A stretch of DNA of 64,000 nucleotides from Acidimicrobiia bacterium (GCA_965215185.1 OZ244034.1:1874244-1938243); one strand, 5' to 3'; positions 26,814-36,407 are shown, counted from the stretch's first letter. Program-made: numbers and translations. The notes: generated from the sequence alone by a model not told the origin.

Positions 26814-27677
26814 ATGGGCGGCGTCGAACTGATCATCATCGGTGTGGCGGCGGTCGCCATCGCCGCCGCGGTGGGTGCCTTCACCATCGCCTTCCGCCGC
26901 GCCGAACCCGACCCCGCTTCTCTGTGGCCCAAGAAGCTGGAGCGTGGCGCCCGGAAAGCGGACCGTTCCACCTCCACCATGGAACTGGTGCTTACCACCG
27001 AGGCGGATGCTGTGGACGAGGACGAGGAAGTCGATGCACCAGAATACGAAGCCCCGGCCCCGGTGGCAGAGCGCTTGGCGCCCATCACCGAATCCCAGGT
27101 AATCGTTGAGGCGTCTGCAGAGGAGGTGGGGGTAACCCGCCGACAGTTCTTCAACCGGTCCCTGGCCGCCATGTCGGTGGCCTGGTTCGGGATCATGGGA
27201 ATCGAGATCCTGGCCTTCCTGTGGCCCAAGATCACCGGAGGATTCGGAAGCGACGTCGACGCCGGGAGCGCCGCCGACCTGGTTCCCGAGATGACCGACA
27301 CCGCGGGCCTGGTAACTCCGGCTTTCATCCCCGACGCCCGCGCCTACGTGGTACCGGCGCCCGTTGAGATGAGTCAGCAATTCGCTGGCAGAGATGTGGC
27401 GGCCGGAGGGCTGATGGCGCTCTACCAGCGGTGCGTCCACCTGGGATGCCGGGTGCCCTGGTGCGACGACTCCCAGGGCTTCGAATGTCCCTGCCACGGC
27501 TCCAAATACAACTCGGTCGGAGAGTATTTTGCTGGCCCCGCACCCCGAAATCTGGACCGTTTCTCGGTCCACGTCACCGACGATGGGCGTCTGATAATCA
27601 GGACCGGGGTTATAGTGGAAACCCCCCGGGCTAACGCTCAGTCTGTGTCATATCCGCAAGGCCCCTCCTGCATATAG
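26814..27677 (+). CDS. Rieske [2Fe-2S] iron-sulfur protein, Tat-dependent, with extra N-terminal TM helix
   Basis: Twin-arginine [13 protein letters not shown]. Rieske boxes CVHLGC and CPCHGS. 287 aa. Confidence 0.85.
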   Translation: MGGVELIIIGVAAVAIAAAVGAFTIAFRRAEPDPASLWPKKLERGARKADRSTSTMELVLTTEADAVDEDEEVDAPEYEAPAPVAERLAPITESQVIVEASAEEVGVTRRQFFNRSLAAMSVAWFGIMGIEILAFLWPKITGGFGSDVDAGSAADLVPEMTDTAGLVTPAFIPDARAYVVPAPVEMSQQFAGRDVAAGGLMALYQRCVHLGCRVPWCDDSQGFECPCHGSKYNSVGEYFAGPAPRNLDRFSVHVTDDGRLIIRTGVIVETPRANAQSVSYPQGPSCI

Positions 27678-27687
27678 GGGAGATATT

Positions 27688-29394
27688 GTGGATTCCTCGC
27701 TAGTAATAACCCTGGTGGTGGTGGGAGCCGTAATCTGGCTCTCCTTTTTGGGAGTGGCCGCCCTGCGCTCCCGACGGCGGGAAGGAATCCCTCCCAACCA
27801 GGCGCCGGGCGTCACCGACGACGCTTTGGAAACCCGCCGCCTGGAACGTATCCAACAGGCCGCCGTCCTGCTGTCGGCCTTCCTGGCGGTGGGGCTGGCT
27901 GTTTACTACCTGAGCGAAACCGATCGACAGGAAAGCTTCGTGGACCAGTTCCACGAGGAGTCGGTGGAACGCGGCGCCGAACTGGTCGGGCCCGACGAGG
28001 CCGACTGCTGGAGTTGTCACGGCCCCAGCGGAGTGGGAGGTGTGGCCAGCTATGTGGAGAAGCGCACCGGGGTGAACGTGTCATGGTCGGCGCCTTCACT
28101 CGATGACATCTTCTTGCGTTATGACCGTGACATAATCACCTATTGGGTGACCTATGGGCGAGGCAACTCCCCCATGCCGCCGTGGGGCACGGTGGGAGGC
28201 GGTCCCATGAACGAACAACAGGTTTTCGACATCGTCAACTACCTGGAAAGTATCCAACTCTCTCAGCAGAACATCCTCCGCAAGGCCGACACCATCGTGG
28301 TGGGTCAGCTGAGTGTTCTGGAGAATGCCGACCAGGCCCTGGAAAAGGCCATTATCGAACAGCGCCAACTGATCGCCGACATCGAGGCGGCGCCCCGGTA
28401 CGCCGAGATGATGGCCAATCTGGTAGCGCTCGCCCGCCAGAGCCTGAATGGCTCGGACCGGGGGATCGATCGCGACGGTGACAACTTGTCGGACGTTTCA
28501 GAAGTGACGATCTCCCAACTGACCGCTGCCGCAGCGGCCCTGTTCGACATCAATCAGATCGAGGCTCTGACATTCGATCCGCAGAATCCCGCCACTGACG
28601 GCCGTCCCGACGCAGATGTAGCCGACCATGCCATCTCCCATCTGCAGGAGGTGGTGCCCCAGGTGCCGATTCTCGAGTTGCGCGTGCAGTCCATCAGAAC
28701 GGCGCTGCTGGCCGAGGACGAGGAGGACTCCGACGGTGACCAACTCTCCGATCGGGCGGAAAGAGTGCTAACCGCCGAACTGGCCATCGCCAGGACGGCG
28801 CTTCGCCCTAATACCTTGACAGTGGTGAACCTCGACCCGGAGCGTGCTTCTTCGGGTGGGGGAGTCAACGATGATCAAACCGCCGCCACCGCCGTCTCGG
28901 GTATGGAGGCCGCCGCCGTAAACCTGGCGGTACGAACCGAAAACGGCGAGCGGCTGCTCGGTCCGGCCCGGGCGGGACTGGAAGAGTTACTGGCCGCCCA
29001 GGAGCAGCGGAAATGGGAGATAGACCTGGAAGGCGTGGCCGCGGCCGCCTTCTTTGGAAATTCGGAGCAGGCCTCCCGGGCGGTCGGTGTGTTCACCGGG
29101 TATTGCGCGCGCTGCCACACTTCCGGCTGGTCGGCGGGGACCCCCTACGCTGCTCAACCCGGCTCGGGGGGATTCGGGCCGGCGCTTTGGAAGGGCCGAC
29201 CGCATGTTCAGTTCCTAAACAAGGAGAAACTGCGCTCCTTCCTGTTGGTGGGAGCGGTTGCGGACCGGCCTTACGGAGTGAACGGATTCGGAAATGGCCA
29301 GATGCCCGCCTTCGGGACGGTGCTCTCATCCGACGACCTGGACCTGCTGGTGGAGTACTTGTGGGCAGGGAATCTTAACGGCAAGGGAACCTAA
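27688..29394 (+). CDS. dihaem cytochrome c (QcrC-like), N-terminally membrane-anchored, with a about 300-aa inserted domain
   Basis: CWSCHG and CARCHT haem motifs at about residue 110 and 480. Two N-terminal TMs. Insert carries DRDGDNLSDVSE and DSDGDQLSDRAE loops. Confidence 0.75.
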   Translation: MDSSLVITLVVVGAVIWLSFLGVAALRSRRREGIPPNQAPGVTDDALETRRLERIQQAAVLLSAFLAVGLAVYYLSETDRQESFVDQFHEESVERGAELVGPDEADCWSCHGPSGVGGVASYVEKRTGVNVSWSAPSLDDIFLRYDRDIITYWVTYGRGNSPMPPWGTVGGGPMNEQQVFDIVNYLESIQLSQQNILRKADTIVVGQLSVLENADQALEKAIIEQRQLIADIEAAPRYAEMMANLVALARQSLNGSDRGIDRDGDNLSDVSEVTISQLTAAAAALFDINQIEALTFDPQNPATDGRPDADVADHAISHLQEVVPQVPILELRVQSIRTALLAEDEEDSDGDQLSDRAERVLTAELAIARTALRPNTLTVVNLDPERASSGGGVNDDQTAATAVSGMEAAAVNLAVRTENGERLLGPARAGLEELLAAQEQRKWEIDLEGVAAAAFFGNSEQASRAVGVFTGYCARCHTSGWSAGTPYAAQPGSGGFGPALWKGRPHVQFLNKEKLRSFLLVGAVADRPYGVNGFGNGQMPAFGTVLSSDDLDLLVEYLWAGNLNGKGT

Positions 29395-29397
29395 GTA

Positions 29398-29757
29398 ATG
29401 CGTGAACTGTTTCGCTCGCTGCTATCGGCCAACCTGTTCGTCACCGGGATCATCCTGCTGGTGACGGCGATCTTGGTCTTCTACGGCACCGTCTACCTTC
29501 TCAACTACACCAACCTAGGAAAGAAGCTGGCGTTCCTGGTGACCGGGGCCGGGATCTCGGCCTGGATGACCATAGGCAGCATGCTCTTCGTCCTCTACGC
29601 TCCCCGCGGCCCCCGCCCGGCCAACATCGAGGGACTCAACGCCTTCGAAGTGCGGATCATCCCCATCACTTTCACAGTGGTCTCGGCCGTTCTTTTCATC
29701 GGATTCCTGGTAGCCCTCCACCAATACGAAGAAGCCCGAGAAAAAGCCGACCTTTAA
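29398..29757 (+). CDS. small 3-TM membrane protein (putative accessory subunit)
   Basis: 119 aa. Start 4 bp after the cytochrome c stop. Confidence 0.45.
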   Translation: MRELFRSLLSANLFVTGIILLVTAILVFYGTVYLLNYTNLGKKLAFLVTGAGISAWMTIGSMLFVLYAPRGPRPANIEGLNAFEVRIIPITFTVVSAVLFIGFLVALHQYEEAREKADL

Positions 29758-29875
29758 GGCCCCGGCATTAAGCCGACCCAAGGGGCATCCCTGATCGCAA
29801 AGCCTCAAACGGCCCCTCTTTCACATTAAGCTCTGGCGAATGGTCTCTGCTAGACGGTCCTTTCGTGCCCGGCGC

Positions 29876-31186
29876 ATGGGACGCGCATCGCACGGCAGAC
29901 TGCTGATCGCCTTGGCGCTATTCGGACTGCTGACCGCTTCCTGTAGCGGGTCCGCGCCAACCGAGCACCTCGGTGACGGCTCCCTGGGATTCGTGGAGGT
30001 GGAGCGGGGTGAGACCATCCAAATTCGATCCGTATACACCAATCCCGGAGATATCGCCCTGTTGGGCAACTCCGCGGAGAAGGCGATCGTGTTCGCCGTG
30101 GAGGACTACGGCCCCATCCGCGGGTACGATGTTGACCTCGGCGTGGGACTCGATGACATGTGTTCCCCCGAAGGAGGAATGATTACCGGCTCACTGGTCA
30201 TCGCCGAGGGGAACGTGCTGGGCGTGATCGGCACCAACTGTTCGGCGGCGGCCGCCGAGGCGGCGCCGCTCATCACCAGTGCGGGCATGGTCTTGATCTC
30301 CCCATCCAACACCGCCCCGTCACTCACTTCGGATCTGGCCGGCAACGAGGGCAGCAGTCACTTCCCCGGCTACTACCGAACCGCCCACAACGATCTGATT
30401 CAAGGCGAATCCGTGGCGCATTTCCTGTTCGGAGAGGGTGTCTCTACCGCGGCCGTCGTTCACGACGGCGGCCCCTATACGATGGGGTTGGCTTCGGCCT
30501 TCTCCAACGCATTCGAGGAACACGGCGGCGCCATCACCGGTACTTGGGAAGTGGACCGCAGAGAGCAGGATCTGGTCCCGGTTCTCACCGAGATAGCCGC
30601 CGGTGAGCCAGAAGCCCTGTTCTTCCCGCTTTTCTTCCCGACCGGCGGTTTCTTGGTGAAGCAGGCAGCTGAGATGCCTGCCTTTTCGGAGACGGTGTTC
30701 GCCGCCGCCGACGGTCTGCTCAACGATGATTTTCTATCGGTGCCCGAAACCGAGGGCATGTTTATCTCCGGTCCCGATACCCGTTTCGGAGACAACTACA
30801 ACCAAAGCACCGGACAGAGCGCCGCCGACCTGCTGGCACGCTATCAGGAGACGGTGGGCTCGGCTCCCACCGGCACATTCTGGGGCCACGCCTACGACGC
30901 CACCACCCTGCTCTTGGACGCCATTAACGCCTCCTCTTACCTGCGCTCCGGAGGCAACACCCTGGTGATAGATCGGGCCGGACTACGCCAATACCTCGAC
31001 AACCTGTCCGGCTTCCAAGGAGTGACCGGGATTCTCAGCTGCGACCAATTCGGAGACTGCGGCACCTCCCGGGTGGTGATCCACGAACACCTGGATTCCA
31101 CCAATATCGAAGCCACCAGGCAGAGCGTGGTCTTCGAAGTCGGACCCGACGGTCAACAGACACCGGCTTCGCTCACCGGACACTAA
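29876..31186 (+). CDS. ABC transporter substrate-binding lipoprotein, PBP type I (branched-chain amino acid-binding family)
   Basis: Lipobox LLTASC. LivK-like periplasmic-binding fold. The upstream part of the ORF (from 29840) is likely non-coding. Confidence 0.7.
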   Translation: MGRASHGRLLIALALFGLLTASCSGSAPTEHLGDGSLGFVEVERGETIQIRSVYTNPGDIALLGNSAEKAIVFAVEDYGPIRGYDVDLGVGLDDMCSPEGGMITGSLVIAEGNVLGVIGTNCSAAAAEAAPLITSAGMVLISPSNTAPSLTSDLAGNEGSSHFPGYYRTAHNDLIQGESVAHFLFGEGVSTAAVVHDGGPYTMGLASAFSNAFEEHGGAITGTWEVDRREQDLVPVLTEIAAGEPEALFFPLFFPTGGFLVKQAAEMPAFSETVFAAADGLLNDDFLSVPETEGMFISGPDTRFGDNYNQSTGQSAADLLARYQETVGSAPTGTFWGHAYDATTLLLDAINASSYLRSGGNTLVIDRAGLRQYLDNLSGFQGVTGILSCDQFGDCGTSRVVIHEHLDSTNIEATRQSVVFEVGPDGQQTPASLTGH

Positions 31187-31293
31187 ATCGGACCACCGCA
31201 CGCTGCACGGGAGGAGACAACTGGCGGCCTTCGCCAAGGTATCTCCATCTCGGCAAACCCTTACCTCAAGACGAGCCAACCCCTGAGGATGGT

Positions 31294-31364
31294 CTTGAGG
31301 TAGGCCTACCTCTCGCCCTCAAGTAGGCCTACCCTTCGTCCTCAAATAGGTCTACCCCTCGTCC
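31294..31364. repeat. three tandem about 23-bp repeats, each carrying palindrome GTAGGCCTAC and the flotillin stop-codon context
   Basis: cttgaggtaggcctacctctcgccc, tcaagtaggcctacccttcgtcc, tcaaataggtctacccctcgtcc. The third unit overlaps the actual flotillin stop. Sits between convergent genes. Confidence 0.8.
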
Positions 31365-32650
31365 TCCGGCGAGTCTTGGGAACTGCGGCGTAGCGAGTCG
31401 AGGATGTCGACGCCGGTAACAGCGTCTATCTGTTCGGTTAGGGCCACCAAAGCAGCGGGGAGTTGGGCAACCAGGCCGGGGATCCCTCCTCCACCGCTGC
31501 CCCGGTCGCTGTTGGTGTCCACCACGGCCACCCGGTCGATGTTGACCCCCTGCACGGTGGCGACGATCTTGTCTATGAGTTCGGGAAGCATGTTCAACAC
31601 CAGCACGTGATGCCCGTCCTGGCCCGCCGCCTGGTATTGGTCGGTCAGGAGTTTGAACACTTCCACTTGGGCTCTACCGTCTTCAATGATGCTCGCCGCT
31701 TCGGCCCGGGCTCGTAGCTGTTGGGCTTCCAAGTCGGCTCGGGCGGGAACCACCACCGCCGCCTCCACGCGTCGTGTCTCCAGCTCGATGCGCTGGCCTT
31801 CCAACTCCTGACTGGCCACGACTCTGGCGACATCTCCCGCCACCAGAGCTTCCGCCTCACGTGCGTTAGAGACGGCCTCCAGTTCGGCGGTACGTACCCG
31901 CAGGCCGTTGTTTTCCACCACGATCGCCCTGTCCGCCTCAAGGCCAGCGACCTGTCCCACTTGCCGGGAGGCAGCCTCGGCCTGTTCCGCTTCGGCTTTG
32001 CGTTCTGCTTCCACCACCCGGGCATTTCGAATCACCTCGGCGGTGAGAAGGCGCCCCACCGATGTCAGATAATGGACATCGTCGGTGACGTTCTGGATCT
32101 TGAGGACATCCAGTTCCAGGCCCAAGGTCTTGATGTCGTCGTCGGCCTCGTCGATCAACTGATGGGAGAATTTGAGCCGATCTTCGTTCACCTCTTCCGG
32201 CGACAGGGTGGCTAGGACGCCCCTCAGGTTGGCTTCCAGGGTCTCCTTGGCGATCTGACCGATCTGGGCGCTGGAACGCCCCAGGAATCTCTCGGCAGCG
32301 TTCTCCAGCAGCCCTTCTCGGCTCGAAACCTTGACGTTGGCAATGCCCGCCACATTGAGAGGAATAGTCCCCCGCGAATAGGCGTTGGTCACCGCAACCT
32401 CCAACGGAATGGTGTTCAGACTCATCCACTGAACATTCTCGATGAGGGGAATCCGGATCGTCCGTCCTCCCTGCAGCAGGCGGTATCCCACCTTTCGCCC
32501 ATCACTCAGCGCCCGTTTCCGTCCGGAAATGACCGCTACCCGGTTGGGTGGGCAAATAATTATCAACGACTTAATGATGAAGATCAGGATCAACAACACC
32601 ACGGCCAGGCCGACACCGGCTAACACCGGTAAACTTAAGTTATCACTCAT
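31352..32650 (-). CDS. flotillin-like SPFH/band-7 domain protein
   Basis: N-terminal TM, SPFH domain, extended Ala/Glu-rich coiled-coil. 432 aa. Confidence 0.8.
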   Translation of the reverse strand: MSDNLSLPVLAGVGLAVVLLILIFIIKSLIIICPPNRVAVISGRKRALSDGRKVGYRLLQGGRTIRIPLIENVQWMSLNTIPLEVAVTNAYSRGTIPLNVAGIANVKVSSREGLLENAAERFLGRSSAQIGQIAKETLEANLRGVLATLSPEEVNEDRLKFSHQLIDEADDDIKTLGLELDVLKIQNVTDDVHYLTSVGRLLTAEVIRNARVVEAERKAEAEQAEAASRQVGQVAGLEADRAIVVENNGLRVRTAELEAVSNAREAEALVAGDVARVVASQELEGQRIELETRRVEAAVVVPARADLEAQQLRARAEAASIIEDGRAQVEVFKLLTDQYQAAGQDGHHVLVLNMLPELIDKIVATVQGVNIDRVAVVDTNSDRGSGGGGIPGLVAQLPAALVALTEQIDAVTGVDILDSLRRSSQDSPEDEG

Positions 32651-33153
32651 TAACTACTTCCTCTTTCTTTTTCTTGCCTTGCGACGAGAGCCACCGCGCC
32701 GTCCACCTCCACGATGGTGACCCTCTCGCCTTTCTTAATCAGATCCTCCCGGTTGGCGGGTGAGGCGCTGATCCTATGGCGCGCCCCGGCCGCGTCGACA
32801 ACTACCTGCCCCCTGTGTTCGGTGGACACTCCCAACACCACTACGGCTGTTGACCCCTCAAGATCTGCATTGGTAACCTCGCTGGACGCTTCGGTGCGGC
32901 GCAGCCAACCAAACAGAGCGTTGTGGAAAGATGCTCCCAGAACACCCACTCCGGCGGCGATCAATCCCCCGGAAAGAGCGGAAAGGCTCACCCAGACCGT
33001 GATAAGACCCGCTAAACCAAAAAACGCCGCTCCAAAAGAGACAGCGCTGAACGAGATCCATGAAAAGAAACCTCCACCCGAACCGGTATCAGAATCCCCC
33101 CCCAATTCGCCTCCGAAGGCAAAAATCAGCAACAACGGCAAACCGACCGCCAT
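32650..33153 (-). CDS. NfeD-like membrane protein (flotillin-associated, OB-fold C-terminus)
   Basis: Two TMs plus a beta-rich C-terminal domain. Overlaps the flotillin start, the typical NfeD-flotillin operon arrangement. Confidence 0.65.
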   Translation of the reverse strand: MAVGLPLLLIFAFGGELGGDSDTGSGGGFFSWISFSAVSFGAAFFGLAGLITVWVSLSALSGGLIAAGVGVLGASFHNALFGWLRRTEASSEVTNADLEGSTAVVVLGVSTEHRGQVVVDAAGARHRISASPANREDLIKKGERVTIVEVDGAVALVARQEKERGSS

Positions 33154-33240
33154 CGCGAAAATATATAAGAAAAGTACGGCCGCTCCCTACCTAGCTTCAG
33201 CCTTAACCCAGACTAGTCGTCCACCCGTGGTTAGGTCTAA

Positions 33241-33340
33241 TAGACGGGCGAATCGTTTGCCGGCGATGACCAGGGCCATCAGCGTCACCACCAACGGGGC
33301 GTCTATGAAAACCACGGGGAAGCCGTCGCACTGGCAGCAA
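33241..33340 (-). pseudogene. diverged remnant of the 3' end of the ABC permease gene (duplicate of 34396-34500)
   Basis: Reverse-strand translation QCDGFPVVFIDAPLVVTLMALVIAGKRFARLLDLTTGG against the intact gene QGNGLPVQITDALPFVVTLLALVVARKRFARLLDLSTAG*. Same frame, substitutions mostly conservative. Confidence 0.6.
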
Positions 33341-33360
33341 CACCCGGCACTCGGCTAGGG

Positions 33361-34197
33361 CTAAAAGACCGGCTTACCGCGATCCTCCAAACAACGCGCA
33401 CCATCGTCGTTGGTGTCCAACGCCACATCCCGTGCCACGTCTACAATGAACGCTTCCTGGCGTGTGACGTCCTCCAGTGCGAACTTGGTCATCACCGCTA
33501 TGGCATAGGGTCGGTTCCTCAGAAACACAATTCCAGCATCGCAGCGGACCCGTTCCATGCCGCCCGATTTGTTCGCAACTACCAAGTCGGACGGTACCGC
33601 CCGATTCAACGGCGCCGATTTGGGCTTGCCGATGATACGCAGGACCTGCTCCGCCACTTTGGATGACGGCTTACCTTGATACAGCATCTCCAGCATCGTG
33701 ACAAGTTCGTTCGGCGTCGAAACATTCTCGTCACCCCTGTGTATAGCCTCGCTGTCCATCATCTTGCGCCGCAACTTTGTGGCTGTCAGCCCCATATCAC
33801 CCAACAACCTGTTGGTTGCCTCCATGCCGGCCCAATCTATGCACATGTTCGTTGCAGTGTTGTCCGACACAACGATCATCAGGATGGCGATATCCAGCAC
33901 TGACAACTCGGGCTCACCCTCCATATAGTGGATTACGCCACTACCTGTTCCGCACATCTGCGGCTTGATTCTGACGCGCTCATTGAGGTCAATCTCACCC
34001 CTCTCGCCACGGCTCAATAGCTGTGTCAAGATGTGTATTTTGATAGTGGATGCGGTGGGGAACTCCTCGCTACCACGTACGGACACTGCGTCTCCACGTT
34101 TCAGATCCAGCACCGAAATACCCGCTACTCCCGCGAACTTCTCAATCTTGTGAGTTAACCGTTCCTCCAAACGCTCCCAAAGCCTCCTGTTGCTCAT
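33361..34197 (-). CDS. class A beta-lactamase-related serine hydrolase, no signal peptide, low GC
   Basis: STIK (SxxK), SDN and KSG motifs. 278 aa. GC about 48-52% against about 67% flanks. Confidence 0.7.
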   Translation of the reverse strand: MSNRRLWERLEERLTHKIEKFAGVAGISVLDLKRGDAVSVRGSEEFPTASTIKIHILTQLLSRGERGEIDLNERVRIKPQMCGTGSGVIHYMEGEPELSVLDIAILMIVVSDNTATNMCIDWAGMEATNRLLGDMGLTATKLRRKMMDSEAIHRGDENVSTPNELVTMLEMLYQGKPSSKVAEQVLRIIGKPKSAPLNRAVPSDLVVANKSGGMERVRCDAGIVFLRNRPYAIAVMTKFALEDVTRQEAFIVDVARDVALDTNDDGARCLEDRGKPVF

Positions 34198-34395
34198 TCC
34201 ACTGCTCCTTAGGTTCTCAACTCGGTGAAGTATCCCATTTGAAATCCTCTGTATTCACGTTGCGCATGTTAAGACTTTCAGAATTACGAACCTCGACAGA
34301 ATCGGGGTCAGCGTATTGTTCACTCGCACCTAAGCCAAACCCCCCGTTTCTCCCCGCCTTGCGATGAGGCAGACGCCGACCAAACCGCAACCTAA

Positions 34396-35313
34396 TCAAC
34401 CGGCGGTAGACAGGTCGAGCAGGCGGGCGAATCGCTTGCGGGCGACCACCAGAGCCAGCAGGGTCACCACGAAGGGAAGGGCGTCGGTTATTTGCACCGG
34501 CAGACCGTTGCCCTGGAAGCGGAAACCAAGCGCCTCGGCCAGAGCGAACAGGGCGCAGGCGCCAACCACACCCGCGGGATGGGCCCGGCCCAGCATCACC
34601 GCCACCACCGCTACCCAACCCCGGCCGCTCGACATGTTCTCCGCGAACTGCACCACGTTGCCCAATGAGAGTTGAGCCCCGGCCATCCCGGCCAGGGCGC
34701 CGGACGCCAGAACCGCTCCGTACTTGTAGACGGTGGGACTCACCCCGAGAGTCTCCGCAGCCAAGGGCCGCTCACCCACCCCCCGGAGACGCAAGCCGAT
34801 CGGAGTGCGGAAAAAGAAAACCCACAGCGCTGGCACCAGCAACAAAGCGAGAAAGGTGAGAACCGTGTTGTCAAAGAGCACCGGCCCGACCCAGGGGATC
34901 TGCGACAGTCCTGGAATGGCGATCCTGTCCAATCTATCTATCCGGGGATGCTGGAATACCCCGCGAACGTCGAAGATTTGCGGAAGCAGGAAACCGGTAA
35001 GACCCATGGCTAGCAGGTTGAGCGAGATTCCCAATACGATCGGATCACCCCGACGAGTAACCGTGCCATAGGCCAACGCCAGGGAGACCGCCATCCCGGC
35101 CAGTATCCCGAAGGCTATCCCCACGGTGGAACTCAGAGCCAGATAGGAGCCGGCCACCGCCGCGAAGGCGCCAGCCAGCATTATCCCCTCCAAGGCGATC
35201 TGAAAAACCCCGGCCCGCTCGCAGATCATGCCACCCAGCGCCGCCAACAGGATGGGAACCATCGCCCGGGTGGCCGAGTCGAACAAGGCTGTGTCGAAAA
35301 GCTGCTCGAACAT
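34396..35313 (-). CDS. ABC transporter permease (BMP/nucleoside family)
   Basis: 305 aa, 8-10 TM, branched-chain/sugar-type permease fold. In an operon with a second permease, an ATPase and a Bmp lipoprotein. Confidence 0.8.
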   Translation of the reverse strand: MFEQLFDTALFDSATRAMVPILLAALGGMICERAGVFQIALEGIMLAGAFAAVAGSYLALSSTVGIAFGILAGMAVSLALAYGTVTRRGDPIVLGISLNLLAMGLTGFLLPQIFDVRGVFQHPRIDRLDRIAIPGLSQIPWVGPVLFDNTVLTFLALLLVPALWVFFFRTPIGLRLRGVGERPLAAETLGVSPTVYKYGAVLASGALAGMAGAQLSLGNVVQFAENMSSGRGWVAVVAVMLGRAHPAGVVGACALFALAEALGFRFQGNGLPVQITDALPFVVTLLALVVARKRFARLLDLSTAG

Positions 35314-36407
35314 CAGACCTCCCCCACCACCACAGCCTCGGTCTCACCCGCCTCGGGCGGTGGTCGCTCTCCCCGCCGAATGGCAAGCCGGCAAGCCACC
35401 GCCACGATTACCACCGCCTGCAACACCTGCGAAAGGCGCCACGACACGCCCGCGTTCCGCTGCATAGCAAGACCGCCGATCTGAAGACCCGAAAAGAAGA
35501 GCCCCGTAACGAAAATGGGAATCGGCCGGTTCACCGCCAAGAGGGCGACCAGGAGACCGGTCCAGGCAAAGCCGCTCAGCACCAACTCGCCGTCGATGTA
35601 ACGAATTGCCTCACCGACAATGAGATGGGTCCCGATCAGTCCCCCGATCGCCCCGCCCACCACCATTACCTGTACTGTCCTCCCCTCCACATCGATGCCC
35701 CCATAGCGGGCGGAGCGCATGTTGAAACCCGCCATTTGCGTCTCGTAGCCGGCCACGGTGCGGGTGTACACCATCCAGAGAATCACCACCAGCAATATGA
35801 CGAGAATCAGCGACAGGCTGACACCTCCGAAGACCGGCATCTTGGGCATGCGGGCGGAATCAGGAACCCGGCGGGTGGTCGCCAGAGTGACCGAAACGTC
35901 CGCCAGCGGGAACCGCACCAGGTATCCGGTGATGGCGCGGGCCACGTAATTGAGGAGGAGGCTGGTGATAAGAATGGGAAGACGAAGCCGGGTCTGCCCG
36001 TAGGCGGGTAAAAGCGCCCACAGGGCGCCCACCACAGCTCCCGTAAGCATCGCCAAGGGAATTATCAGCGTCCCCGGACCCGGCACGTAAATGGCCACGA
36101 TCGTCCCTGCCAGCCCGCCGATCACCATCTGACCCTCTCCCCCCAGATTGATGATTCCCGATCGAAAGGCGATAGAGACCGCCAAGGCCATACCCACTAT
36201 CGGGATCGCTCGGCCCAGGGTGTTGCGCAGCCCGGAACCGGTTACCGCTCCGGTGAACATCTCCTCCCCTGCCGCCAGGGGATCGCCACCGGTGACCGCC
36301 ACAATGGCAGCGGCCAGAGCAAAGGCAAAGAGCAACGAGAAGGTCACCGGACTCACCAGCGCCCGTTGGCTGATACTGCGGAGCTCGTCCAGAAACCTCT
36401 TAAGCAA
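35313..36407 (-). CDS. ABC transporter permease (second)
   Basis: 364 aa polytopic. Overlapping start/stop with its neighbours. Confidence 0.8.
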   Translation of the reverse strand: MLKRFLDELRSISQRALVSPVTFSLLFAFALAAAIVAVTGGDPLAAGEEMFTGAVTGSGLRNTLGRAIPIVGMALAVSIAFRSGIINLGGEGQMVIGGLAGTIVAIYVPGPGTLIIPLAMLTGAVVGALWALLPAYGQTRLRLPILITSLLLNYVARAITGYLVRFPLADVSVTLATTRRVPDSARMPKMPVFGGVSLSLILVILLVVILWMVYTRTVAGYETQMAGFNMRSARYGGIDVEGRTVQVMVVGGAIGGLIGTHLIVGEAIRYIDGELVLSGFAWTGLLVALLAVNRPIPIFVTGLFFSGLQIGGLAMQRNAGVSWRLSQVLQAVVIVAVACRLAIRRGERPPPEAGETEAVVVGEV

